From NCBI RefSeq assembly GCF_036321535.1, contig NC_087437.1, positions 110,982,001 through 111,046,000 on the forward strand: a stretch of DNA of 64,000 nucleotides, written 5' to 3'. The translations under genes and the position numbers were made by a program. The stretch's first letter is position 1. Every line of letters starts with the position of its first letter. Positions 13,050-24,513 of this stretch are shown here, in pieces. Below the pieces are notes generated by a model. It saw nothing but the letters and a program-made list of their open reading frames with translations. It did no database searches and was not told the DNA's origin. Source of the stretch: Camelus dromedarius. Lineage: Eukaryota.

Positions 13050-13605
13050 AGCTGTCAGCTTGTCTGTGGAACATATATCCCCTCTCCTTCTAGTACTGGG
13101 GACCCTCTTTCCTAGGGAGAACCCATTCTCTGTACTGGGCAACAGTTCATTCTTCCTCCTGGTGCCAGCAGGGCCAGCACCAGCCCAGCACGTGGGTGGG
13201 CACATGACCCTCACTGGCCAATCCTAGTGCACTGCATTCTCCAGGTCACTGTGATTGGCTGAGGGGTGAGCTCATCACCTATGACTCGTAACCTGGCTGG
13301 GCCAATCTGAATCTCCCCTCCAGTTTTCCTAGGAACCCTTTGGGGAATGCCATTTTCTCTAGATCATAAGCCATGAAGCATGTACTCTGTGAGATGTCCG
13401 GGGCACTCTTGGCCTCTATGTGGAGAGAGCTGGACAGAGAATATGTCCCAAAGGAAAGCAGGGATCATAGAGAAGGAGGGGGCCAGAAAGGAGTTTAGAT
13501 GACCTCATTTGAACTCCTGAATCCAGCTATACCTGAAGCCGTTCCCAATCCTTACATTGCATAATTAGAAGGAACCAATATATCTCCTTTTTAGCTTATA
13601 GCGGT
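13050..13605 (+). mobile_element. Old ERVL/MaLR-class LTR (LTR16/LTR33/MLT1K-like)
   Basis: GGGTGGGCACATGACCC...GGCCAATC...GATTGGCTGAGGGGTG...TGAATCCAGCTATACCTGAAGCC. Confidence 0.6.
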
Positions 13606-13700
13606 TTGTTTGATTAACTGATTTTAATGGTGGTACTGGGGATTGAACCCAGGACCTCATGCGTGCTAGGTAAACACTCTACTAGTGAGCTATGCCCACC
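13605..13700 (-). mobile_element. Vic-1-type SINE
   Basis: GGTACTGGGGATTGAACCCAGGACCTC...CACTCTACTAGTGAGCTATGCCC. Confidence 0.9.
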
Positions 13701-14571
13701 CACCTATCCCATTGATTTAAATGTATATTATTTGCACACACACACACACACACACACAAAAGGAAAGAAAAAGAAAAAAAGAGTTTTGACAACAATGGAA
13801 GGTAAGGGAGAAAGGGAGAAAGAGGTTTGGGCAGGACGGGTGGTCTTTGAGGACTCTGAAAGCCAGCAGGCAAGTTTGCCTTGTATATGGTAAGTAGGTC
13901 TTCTCTAGTTGTCAGTGAGCTATGCTGTAACCCATCTTCAGTTCTGATTCTTCCCCTGATGCGCCAGGGGCACCGCACTGATCCTTTCCATTAACTGTAA
14001 GAAGATGCTAACAACATTTCACTTCAAACAATTAATGTAATCAGTTTAGACAAAAGATGCTGTTAGTCTCAGAAAGGGCTATTTTAATTATCACTGAAAT
14101 GTGTTCTATTTCTGCTTTCTTCTCTGTTCTCTGCTTCTCTCTCTGAATTCCCAGATACAAACTAGCGAAGGCAGCAGTGCCCGGAGCAGAGTGGTAACAT
14201 CCAGCATTATTTCAGCAGCACCACTCAGTGTAACTGACCATCCTGCAGAGCATGCATGTTCACTCAAGTATACAGCACATCCCATAATGACAAGTGCAAA
14301 GGGAAATAAGGAAACATTAGAAAGCTTTATTCTAGTGATTTATAAAATTGGGCTGGAGAAAAGATCACATGCCCATGAGTAGAGACAGAGGGCAAAAGGA
14401 GGGGAGGAAGAGGAGGACAGAAGATGCAGAAAGAAGGAAAATGGGAGGAGAGGGCAGAGGTGGGAAGAGGGAGCTAAGAAAAGTGCAGAGAGAAAGAGGC
14501 AGAAAGAATAGGAACTGTATGGACCAAGACCCGGCTCCTCTCTGGCCTCCCTCTCCTCCTCTGGGGCCTCC

Positions 14572-14724
14572 ATGGGCCAGGCCAGCTACATCATTTGGGT
14601 GCAAAACCAAATGCAGAGCCCCTTGTTCAAAACTTACTGAGAATTTTAAGACGGTGATGGCAGATCACTAACGCAATCTGGGGCCCTGTGTCTTGCGCCG
14701 GCCACTTGCCATGAAGTTGGCCCA
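14572..14724. mobile_element. hAT-Tip100 MITE, MER91-like
   Basis: GGCCAGCTACATCAT...GCCCCTTGTTCAAAA...GCCATGAAGTTGGCCC with imperfect terminal inverted repeats. Confidence 0.55.
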
Positions 14725-15714
14725 TCTGCAGGGAGAGAGGAACTAGATCAGGGTTTTCACAGGGTTTTCTGTAAGTGTCAGATGTTCCAGGAACAAAAGG
14801 CTCCTCACCCTCCCGACTGGGAAGGAGCACAAGCCCCATTCTTACAGATCTCTGCCCCCAACAAGAACACCCCAAGAAGCCCTTTGGAAAAGAAACTTCT
14901 ATGACTGTTTAAACCAGCATTTCTTATTTTTGCTTGACTATCGAAACATTTCCCCCCTAATACTCTATGTCAGCATCTCACAGAACCCATTTTGCAAAAT
15001 GCTTTAAGTGGTGGGTGAGATTGCGGTTCCTTGAGGTCACCCACAGGAGCCCTTCCCACCCTGAGACATGATGCTCAAGAATCTGCTGGGCTTGGCCTTG
15101 AGGTGACAGCAACTTCCTTGTGCCAGATTTGATGGTGGGAGAGGGGTGGGGTAGAGGGCTGCCAGTAGCCCCCAGAGTTGACTGTGGCTGCAAAACCTGT
15201 GGGAGTTTCTCCAAAATGAGACATCAACTCCCCTAAACACTCCTCCTCTCAGGTACAAAAAAGCCTTTTCCTGAATCCAAATGTACTCAGAATGTTACCT
15301 CTGCATCAATGCCTAATCTCCCTAGAAATTTTTCAAAGGGAACATTGATACCGCATGTAGGACAGGGACTCCTTGGCTATGGTAAATGAATACAATGTTT
15401 GTAGAAGCCTTGCAATCTCAGGTGATTGTATCCAAAGTGTATCATTGCATTTTGGGAGAAGTTATGCCCAGAACTCTCTGTATTCCAGCACCTTTGATTA
15501 AGAACCCCGGAATTCCTAAAAGTTAAACCACTATCCTTGACAAAGATTAATTAACTTTCAATGTTGAGAAGACCAAGGCTTAATGCAGAAGAGAACTCAG
15601 GTGCAGTTTTTGTTTGTTTGTTTTTTGTCTCTCCATATTCAGTGGGGTAAAGACTGAGGTTTCTGAGCAGATGAACTCAAGGTTGGATCTCATTTCTGTC
15701 CCTCTCTATCTGTG

Positions 15715-15855
15715 TTCTACCAGGTAAGTCAGGAAATTCTCTTCTCTGTGCCTTTGTTTTCTCATCTGTAAAATGGGAACCATAATGGTAGTAAAGATTC
15801 TTCTAGCAGTAAGATAATGCATGAGAAAGCCCTCTGAAAGCCGAACTGCAGCAGG
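15715..15855 (+). mobile_element. MIR SINE fragment
   Basis: CTCTGTGCCTTTGTTTTCTCATCTGTAAAATGGG MIR core. Confidence 0.7.
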
Positions 15856-16137
15856 CTCTCCTAAAGCACCTCTTACTTTCCAGGTACAAATGAAAGGAGC
15901 CAAATTTGCAGTGAGGCATGGACAGATGAGTTTTAAAGGGAAAAAAAAGGGTAAGAAAATACTTAGCAAAAATTCCCCCCTCAGTCGTCATTTTGTTGGA
16001 GATTCAAACTATAACTAAATGCTATGAAATATGCGTACTTTGGAGATTCTTAAAGCTCCCATTACAGGAACCCTCCTGAAATGTATCTTACTGGTTCTTA
16101 GGGAGGAGTGACTTCAGCGGGGACTCTCAGAGTGCGC

Positions 16138-16153
16138 TGGTGCCACCTGCTGG
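16138..16153 (-). promoter_or_regulatory. Candidate CTCF site
   Basis: Minus strand CCAGCAGGTGGCACCA matches the CTCF core. The identical 16-mer occurs at 40764-40779. Confidence 0.5.
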
Positions 16154-16257
16154 CTTGGAGCGGTATGACACCTGTGCTCTACACAGACGAAAAGAGTCTG
16201 GCACCCCTAAACAGGGAATCTGAGAAATCTGGGCTGGAGCAAAATCTTCTGACCTGG

Positions 16258-16403
16258 AGCCTCGCTGTTCAAATTGCGGTCCTATGGCCAGCAGGATTGA
16301 TTGTCATCACTGGGAGCTTGATGGAAATGTAGAATCAGGCTACATTTTAATAAGATCCTCCAGGCGATTTATATGTGCATTGTAGTTCAAGAAACATGTT
16401 CTG
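16258..16403. mobile_element. MER5-like hAT MITE
   Basis: CATCACTGGGAGCTTGATGGAAATGTAGAATC...CATTTTAATAAGATCCTCCAGGCGATT. Confidence 0.65.
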
Positions 16404-16757
16404 GAGGATTTAATCTACTGACTTAAGGTCAAAGGGGAATTCTCCAAGTAGGAAGCTATTTTAAGGAAATTAAAACAACAATAACAACAACAACAACCCC
16501 CGTCAGGACAGCAACCCACAGAAAGCTTAGCAACTCTACTGTCCATGTTTCAAGTCCTTTGTCACACCAGTAAGTAAACTGAGTGTTTTACCCCAAACTC
16601 AGCTTTCCTTAACTTCATTTTCATTGTATTTCCTATGTATTCTTATAAAGGCTTTTACTTCTTCCACAGAATTATTTCTACAATTTTACAATACAATTAC
16701 CCAGAGAAACAGGATTCCTTCCATTACAGAAAATTTGTTTTACTAGTTTATTTTCTG

Positions 16758-17270
16758 AACTATCTTAGAGTTCCTTGGTTGCAAGCAACAGAAATGAATT
16801 CCGGGAAATATAAGCAAAAAAAAAAAAAAAAATTGGATGGACATGGTGGTAGGTTATAGAATCAAAGAAAAAGCTTAGGAAAACTGATGTTTCCAGGGTA
16901 ACATCTTCAGGACACATGTGTGCCAACTGTTCCCAGCCCTGCCCGTGTCACTGATCAACATGCAAATTCTCAGGACAGAGACTCCATGTAGCCTCTCTCG
17001 GTTCATGCCTGGCTCCTGGAGAAGGAAGGGCAGGGCATCTTGATTTCAAGACTCACTGAAAGTGTATCCATTGAGGAAGGCTGGGCTCAGGGGCTGTTAC
17101 AGTCAACATGGATCCTGATTGGTCAGGCATGGTAGTACCCACATCATTCTAGTTGTTTTGACTGTCACCTCTGGAGAAGCGTGGGTCCCCAAGGAAAACT
17201 GAATTATTTCAGTTGAAAAAGAAGGAATGGATCACAGGCAAGCAAAACCAAGAGAAGTTCCCTATACACA
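16758..17270 (-). mobile_element. Old MaLR LTR (MLT1J/K-like)
   Basis: CTTGGTTGCAAGCAACAGAAAT...CTGATTGGTCAGGC...GAAGGAATGGAT...GCAAGCAAAAC. Confidence 0.5.
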
Positions 17271-18068
17271 TCTCTGTTGTGAAATAGACATGCACCAAGG
17301 TATTGGCTGAAGATGATATTGTTAACATATTTACTCTAAAACCACGTATCTGCATCTATTCTTCCAAGAAGTTTCCAAGAGTTTAAGGCGGGGGGGGGGG
17401 GTTAACCCTTTATCACACAACTGGAGCATTCAGTGAAATCTTGATGGTCTCTGGGTCTTCAAGGCAAATCTACTTTCTACCACATCAGACTAAAACAGAT
17501 TAAACAGTGGAAAGGGCTCCTATGCTGCCAAGACTTCTGGCGTGCATCACCCGTCTAACATTCTAATGTGTTCACGGGAAATGTTATAAAATGGTGGGGG
17601 TATTTTTCCTTCTTCTTCTTTTAAAGAAGAGAGAATAAAAATGATTGTGTAGCTATGAAAAAATAAGCTCTGTTACCAGAGCCCCATCACAGTTCTTTAG
17701 GAAAACATCGTGGAGGAATAAATAGCCACAGTTTCATAGCAACATTCAGTTCAACAATGCTCAGAGCTGAAAGATGTTCTTGGGTTGGAAATTCATGCCT
17801 ACAAAGGGATGCTGTCCTGAGTTATTCACCATTAATTATGCAAAATAAAGTCAGTCCACAGCCAGGAGAAATGAGCCTCAGCCATGCAGTCCTTCTGCTT
17901 TCCTTGGCATTTTGCAAGGACTGACTGATGTCCTCTTAAAGCTAAATAAATGAACCTGAATGTCTCAGCAAGGGCTACGTGAGATACCAGTAAACTGACA
18001 AAGGTTCTTAGCTGGAAGAAAACATTTTCTTTCATGCTCTGGGCACTGGCTACACTCTACAAATAGCT

Positions 18069-18104
<36 letters not shown>
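18069..18104. repeat. (AAC)12 microsatellite
   Basis: Perfect trinucleotide run. Confidence 0.95.
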
Positions 18105-18105
<1 letters not shown>

Positions 18106-18395
18106 TGAAGGAAAAAATGATGGTTCCTCCTCCCCACAGACACTTCCCATTCATGTATCTCTACAAGCAGTGCTGTTACAGTCATTATGAAGTCCTATTT
18201 CTCTGTTTTAAAATTGTTCCATGAGGTTAAATAACTTATTTTTGTACTGTTGGAGGAAATCTAGCACCCACGGTCCAAGTAACTAGTAAATGCACATTTC
18301 TTTGACCCTCTTGTTTCGTCTTTAAAATCCAAGTGGTTTTTGCTTTCTGTGCCATAATCTGTGCTTGCATATTTTAATAAGAAACTAATGTTTTT

Positions 18396-18820
18396 CAGAC
18401 TAGTGAATATAACAGAAAAGAAAAAGACTCACAGCTAAGGAGAACAAATTAGTGGTTACCAGGGGGGAAGCGAAGGGGAGTAGGGGATTATTAAGTACAA
18501 ATTATGGGGGGAGGGTACAGCTCGAGTGGTAGAGCGCATGCTTAGCCTGCAGGAGGTCCTGCTTCAATCCCCAGTGCCTCCTCCAAATATAAATAAATGA
18601 ATAAACCTAAAAAAAGGCATACAAATTACTATGTATAAAATAGATAAGCAACAAGGATTTGTATTACAACAGAGGGAATATAGCCAATATTTTATAATAA
18701 CTATAAATGGAGCATAGCCTTTAAAAGTAGTGAATCACTATGTTGCACCCCTAAAACTTATGTAATATTACATCAACTATATCTCATTAAAAAGATAAGT
18801 AATAAAAATTTAAAAAAAAT
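18396..18820 (+). mobile_element. L1 3' UTR fragment with nested Vic-1
   Basis: AAAAAGACTCACAG...GTGGTTACCAGGGGGG...GGAATATAGCCAATATTTTATAATAACT...CATCAACTATATCTCATTAAAAA. Confidence 0.85.
18505..18619 (+). mobile_element. Vic-1-type SINE
   Basis: GAGGGTACAGCTCGAGTGGTAGAG. TSD TACAAATTA at 18496-18504 and 18620-18628. Confidence 0.9.
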
Positions 18821-19419
18821 TTTAAGTACCCCCAAAAAAGAAACTGTTCCCATCCCCCCAAACTCTGGAGGCACACTGCGGGCAGGCATAGGCCGTGGTC
18901 ACCTGACTGAGATGGTCCAGTGAGGAGCAAAGGGACTGGGTGTCCCGTCTTGGCTCCATCATCCAGGACCAGACCAGGAACTTAAGTCTGCTGCACCTTA
19001 GTTTCCCCATTTGGCCAGTGGGTGGCTGGTTTCTGCACACTCTCTAACGCAGTCAGGAAAGCCCACCATTCTGGTATCTCTGCTGTGGACTTCGGGGGTA
19101 GAAAAAGGAGTCCCCAGAAAGTAGCCAGAAAGCCACCTCTTCCATGTTGACTCTCTCCGGGCTCTCTCAGGAACCTACATTTGAAACTTCCCCTTACACC
19201 CCCATCTCTGGTCCTCAGACTTTGGGGAGCAGCTCCAAGGAATTGAGTTATTGAATTGGAAGCCAGAGGTGTAAGAAAAAAGGATCCGAGAGTTTATCCT
19301 TGAAATACCCAATCCTTGATTGGGCTGCCCTCCATCCTCTGTTCTTTCTTTATCTGGACAGAGCAGCCGCGGTCAGCACCACGCACAGCGCACGTCCTCT
19401 CTGTCCGCATTGTCATCAC

Positions 19420-19545
19420 TGAATGCGGAGATGGAGACTTATCAGGAGCTCGGAGGGATAAACGCAATCCTGGGCGATTGAATTAAGATTGGAAAATATC
19501 TTGACAGGCTGGAATAATGGATAGAATCTAACATTTGAAAGGTGA
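19420..19545 (+). mobile_element. CR1/L3 LINE fragment (RT region)
   Basis: GAATTAAGATTGGAAAATATCTTGACAGGCTGGAATAATGGATAGAATCTAAC resembles the CR1 RT segment encoding an IQxDLDRLExW-type motif. Confidence 0.65.
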
Positions 19546-19650
19546 TTGGGATAAATGGAAAGCCTGGCCCACAGGTTCCGAATACCAAGTGCACAGAGAG
19601 AGCTGATCTGTGTGGGGTGGGCGGGAGGCCTAGAGTCTGTGCCAACGGGA

Positions 19651-20165
19651 TCAGCAGCATGACTCGGCACACCACCCCCAACCCCTAACCAGAGTAAGCG
19701 CGGTTACTTGAATAAAGTTCAATCAAGCAAGGGAAGAAAAATGTGCACTCTCCTCCCATCGGGCCATGTCCGTGTCGTCAGTGTGACTCAAGTGATAGGA
19801 AAACAGACAAGCACAAGAGAAAAAGACAGACTCCAGCCGGGTGAGCTGTGGCCTTGCAGGGCAGGAAGGCCAAGAAAGAATCCAGAACGTAGCCAGGGCC
19901 TACAATGATGAGTCACCATATCACAGGATCCCAACCAGCCAAAGCAGGTGATAAAATAAAAAAGAGGTCGAGAGAGAATCACCTAAGAATGTAAAAGAGT
20001 TGATGGAATGGAAAGGCCAGATGGCAAGACATCAAGATACCGTGAGCTACAAGAAAGGCAGCTGAGCAGAAAAGGGCAGGAACGGAGGCTGGGAGTCACC
20101 CGGGGCAGGACGAGAATCAGAGTGGAGTGACTGAGACCCAGGACACCGACGTGATCCAGTTACAC
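19651..20165. promoter_or_regulatory. Candidate AP-1/NRF2 enhancer
   Basis: ATGACTCGGCA (ARE, 19659-19669), TGACTCA near 19784 and TGAGTCA near 19909, all in apparently unique DNA. Confidence 0.4.
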
Positions 20166-20384
20166 TGAGGGCATGGGGTCGAGGCCCCCTTGCTATGATG
20201 GCAACTGAAAGGGTTCAGTGAATTCTCCTGACATTTGAGAAGACTTGCCCAGAATGCGTGCAGTCTGGCCCCCTGTCTCAGTAAAAATCTGTCTGACGTG
20301 AAACATTATTGCCCTTAAGCAGGTAACCTAATTTCCTCGGGATGATGAAAATACTCCCTTCAGCCCAAGTTAAAAAAAAAACCC

Positions 20385-20920
20385 AAAAACACTATTTACT
20401 AAAGTATAACCTACATGCAGAAACATGCACATATTTAAATGTAGGGTTTGAAGAATTTTCACAAGATGAGCAAGCCCGTGGAACCAGAACCTAGATTCAG
20501 AAACAGAACAGAAGCAGGACAGAAGCCCCGTCACACTCCATTCTCATCACTACCTCTCCCCCAGGGCAACTTCTGTCCTAACTTGGGACGGCACAGGTTT
20601 GTTCCCCCCCACCCCCGATATAAATGGAATCATGCAGTAGGTCCTCGCATGGGAGGCATCCATACCATGTGTGGTGGTAGAGCACTCACCTCACTGCTGG
20701 GTAGGATTCCGTGGGGTGAACACGCCACGAATTACTTATCCACTGTCGATGGGCATTTGTGCAGTTTCCAGTCGAGGGCTGTTACGGATAATACCACTCT
20801 GAGCTTCCAGGTCGTGGCTTTTGGTGGGCATATGCGTACATTACTGTTATGTTTATAACAAGGGGTGAAATTACTGGGTCATGCACACACCCTATCACTG
20901 GCAATTCCACTCCTAGAAAA
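20385..20920 (-). mobile_element. Old L1 (L1M) fragment
   Basis: TATAAATGGAATCATGCAGTA...TTATCCACTGTCGATGGGCATTTG...TTCCAG...GTGAAATTACTGGGTCAT. Confidence 0.75.
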
Positions 20921-22795
20921 ATTTCTAATTAAATATAGACATGAAATAAATCACATCATTAATGATCATACATATTTATTAAGGTCAGGAGAAGGAAGGG
21001 TTTGTATTCATTAAGATGATCTGTATACATTAAGCATTCAAAGGTTTGAGATATTTAAGGGTATTTGCATGTTAGGGTATATAATAGAATAGCCTGTGAT
21101 TCCAAGTGAGGATGCATACTTTGGTCATTGATTTTACATTTGTGATTTTGAGTGGAAAGTTATTAAAGAACTGGGTTAAGCTGGCAAAGCATATTAGTTT
21201 CTAAGGAAATTCACTACTAAAAAGTTTGATTTATTCGATTTTTGAGACACCTGGGGAGGTTTTGCTTTCTAGTTTAGAAAATCAAATCTAGTCACGTCAT
21301 AAATTCAGTTTGAATTGCTTAAGGGAATTTAACTCACTGAATTCATGAACGGGACTGACTGTTTAAGGTACCTATGTTTGCTCAGTTGGAGTTGATAAAT
21401 ACACATGAGGCCCTTTGAAAGCGGCTGTTAAAATTTACTAGATTTATAAGTGGAAATAATATTTGTCAGCTAATCTGAAAGGCTTATGGAAAGCTACCAC
21501 CTCTAAGATTGTTGCAAATTTTACAAGTGGAACCTTAATTTGAAATTTGAAATGCTGTCTTCTCTGTGTCCAAGATGCCCATCTCAAGGACATCTAAAAA
21601 CTTCCTCATCACTCTGGAGGACTGGGTGCAGATCTGGGCAGGATATTTATGAAACAGGAATCCTGAGGAGTTCATCTGAAGAGTGCCCCGCAGGTGACAC
21701 CACTGATGAGGCTGTAATAACCACGTGCCACGGAGAGCCACTCAAGGAAGCAGACACGTGGAGCTAGAGAAGGATGGAGGAGACTCAGGCGAAGCTGTCT
21801 TCAGATGTGTGACGGTTGCAACCTTAGAAGGGCTCTGATAAAACATGGTAGATTGAACATTTTATCTTTCTTTTTCTCAAAGACCTAATTAAAATGAATG
21901 AGGGGCAATTGATTAATTTGATAACTGATTGGTCTCTTTAAGGGAATTCACTATTAGAAGTTTCATTTGTTCGACAGTTGTTAAGTCACCTCTTGGGAGG
22001 CTTTGCTTCTTAAGTCAGAAAAATGAAGTCTGGCAGTTTCATACTAGACACGGTACAAAGGTTAAAGACAATGAGAGTATGCAACAGCAGACAAGGTACG
22101 TCACAAAATATTTTAAAATGGGAAGTAGATGGAGAAGCTGTAAGAGCTGAGAACATGCCTGCAGACGGGGAGGCCAGGCAGAAGTAAGTACTGTATTCCC
22201 CAGAACCTGGAAAAGTTTCATGAGGTCAGGCACAGGAAGCAGAGAAGGTGGGAGTGAGATGCGGTGGGACAGAAAGAAGGGAAGGGAAAGATTATTGAAG
22301 ACAGCATAAGGAGCAGGGAGGTCCTGGTGTCCCAGCCTCATTTTACATGATATGGTGCCCACCAGCCTTGCCCTGAGGAGACCAGAAGCCTGAAGAAGCC
22401 CCAGGTCAGAGGTGCTGGTGGGGGAGTGGGGTGGTGGCGCCAGAGTCACTCAGTGGAAGTTCACAAACCAGTTGGCGAGACTCCCAGTTCCCAGCCTCCT
22501 ACTCAAACTCTAGGCAAGAGCCTGATGCGACTTTTTGGAGAAACCAAAATGCCCCAGAGAAAAGACCCGTAGGTACCAGTATTTGATGTTTTCAGCAAAC
22601 AAACAGAATGGTGGGTTTCCTGACTTTTCTTGGTTAAGATATATTTGGTTGTAGGTAAGAGAATCCAACCAACAGCAGCTTAAATAAATATGGGCTTATT
22701 CTAACATAAAAACAACAAACAACAACAAAACAGGGCGTAGTGGAAGGCTGCCATAAGTTCAACTCGTTAGCCATGTCAGGGAGCTTTTTTTTTTT

Positions 22796-23250
22796 CATGG
22801 TTTTCAATCTCTTTGGTCTCTGCACCCCTCGAGACTTTTAAAAATGACTGAGTACACCAGAGGTTGACACAATACTGTAAACTGACTATACTTCAATAAA
22901 ATATATATATATATATGCAAAATAAATAAGTGAATAAATATAGACACTCAAAAGAAAATGATTGAGGACCCTACAGCGCTTTTGTTCATATGAGTTATAC
23001 CTATTGATATCTGTTTCATGAGAAACTAGGACTGAGCAAATGTGAAAACCCAAGGACACATAAATACACATTCACTGGTTGTCAGAATGAAAACGGCATT
23101 GCAGGTCAGCAGCCCCTGGGAAACTCCACTGCACACTCACGAGAGAAGGAGGACGAGGGAAATCATGTCTTACTATTATCATTAAAACAGTTTGACCCCT
23201 GACAGTTCCTCGGATCTTCGCAGATCCCAAACCACATTTTGAGAACCACC
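22796..23250. mobile_element. hAT-Charlie DNA transposon fragment
   Basis: TGGTTTTCAATCTCTTTGGTCTC...ATTGAGGACCC...ACCACATTTTGAGAACCAC termini. Confidence 0.7.
22853..22954 (+). mobile_element. Very short L1 3'-end insertion
   Basis: TACACCAGAGGTTGACACAATACTGTAAACTGACTATACTTCAATAAAA. TSD AAAATGA(C/T)TGAG at 22841-22852 and 22955-22966. Confidence 0.85.
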
Positions 23251-24513
23251 ACCTTATGGCTTCTCTGGCTTTAGGTATTACATTTAAACCAGGAGCAGGA
23301 AGATGGGAGGAAGAGGTAAGCAAGCCGTATCGCCCTCTCATCAAGAAAGAAAAGGCTTTCTCAGGAGTTCTTAGCCAACCTCCCTCCAGCTCCCTGGCCA
23401 GAACTGCCATGCGATCACAGCTAGCTATTGTCAAATATGAAAGCAAAGACCAAGACCAAACAGAAGTTTGTTCTGACGGAGGCAGAAGTAATCCAGAGAA
23501 TAACATAACAAAAATTTTAACCCATAATTCATTGGACAATATCTCAGACGACAATACTGTATCTCCAGGACAAGAATAACATACTGTTAAAAGTATTTTC
23601 TAGCTGAAATAAAAATTTAACCAATGGGTGGGGAGATAAAACTGAGGAAATCACACCCCCCCAAAAAAAAACAAAGCAAATAAAATAGAAGAGATAAGAC
23701 TTTAAAATTTAAAGGATAAGGACATGAGGTGTAACCATCCAAATCGTAGGTAAATTGTAGAAAGAAATGAGAAACCAGAGAGGAAATTATTATAGAAATA
23801 ATTCAAGAAAATGCTCCATAATTGAGAGATGTGAGTTTCCTGATTCCAGCAGGAAGAGGAAAAAGCCCCAAGGCATGTCACTATGGCATTCTAGAATGCT
23901 GCAAAGCTAGATCCCAAAGGAAGAGAGGGAGAGGGAGAGATAGAGACAGAGAGAGACAAGAGAGATGTTGAGAGACAGAAGTCAATATACCAAAAAAAAA
24001 AAGAATGTGAACCAGTTTGTACAGTTTGACCATATGTAGATTGTTGGGTCAATAATAATTCTCCTGCAGATCTCTAAAGGTATTTCTTCATTGTCCTCTG
24101 GCTCCTGGGATTGCATCTTGAGTCTCTCTCCCTCTCCCTCTCTCTGTGTACCCATCCAACTAGTTCCTATCAGCTCTGTTTCTCTGGGTGCCATGTCACA
24201 AACTGGCACACTGGGTGGGCGACTTCTATTGTGACAAGGAAGAAGGGAAGGATGGATATTGGGGGATTATTAGGAAAAAAGAAGTGCTTACCAACTCCAG
24301 GAAGAGCAAAAAATGTGTACAAGGAAACGGAGCCATGGTATATATATACCAGCTGGCTCACCAATGGCTGATATTCCATTTAATCATAATAAGTAACTCT
24401 GACACGTTGGTTTACCGAAAAAGTATCATATGTGTTCGGGAGGATGAGAGGAAGTAAATGAGGGACAACGGACGCTTCAAGGTGCCAAATGATCTGCTTA
24501 TACATTAGGACTC

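Larger units (their letters stand above)
22635..23450 (-). mobile_element. Old MaLR (MLT1J-like) LTR interrupted by a Charlie element
   Basis: TTTGGTTGTAGGTAAGAGAATCCAACCAACAGCAGCTTAAATAA...TGGCCAGAACTGCCATGCGATCAC. Confidence 0.5.
21840..23940 (+). mobile_element. HAL1-like (ORF1-only L1 relative) remnant, multiply interrupted
   Basis: 5' end AACATGGTAGATTGAACA...CTAATTAAAATGA...GGGAAGTAGATGGAG. ORF1-like AG-rich segment at 23580-23930 (GAAATAATTCAAGAAAAT...GAGTTTCCTGATT). Confidence 0.55.

Noticed and set aside
16799..17580. STAT-type GAS motifs (TTCCGGGAA, TTCCAAGAA, TTCACGGGAA)
   Set aside because: Six specified bases occur many times by chance in 64 kb, and one copy lies inside an old LTR. 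There is not enough support.
20940..21540. Possible mitochondrial insertion (NUMT) or endogenous viral gene in the AT-rich block
   Set aside because: I could not match it to mitochondrial rRNA or D-loop sequence, and it has no meaningful ORF. It is retained only as an unexplained repeat.
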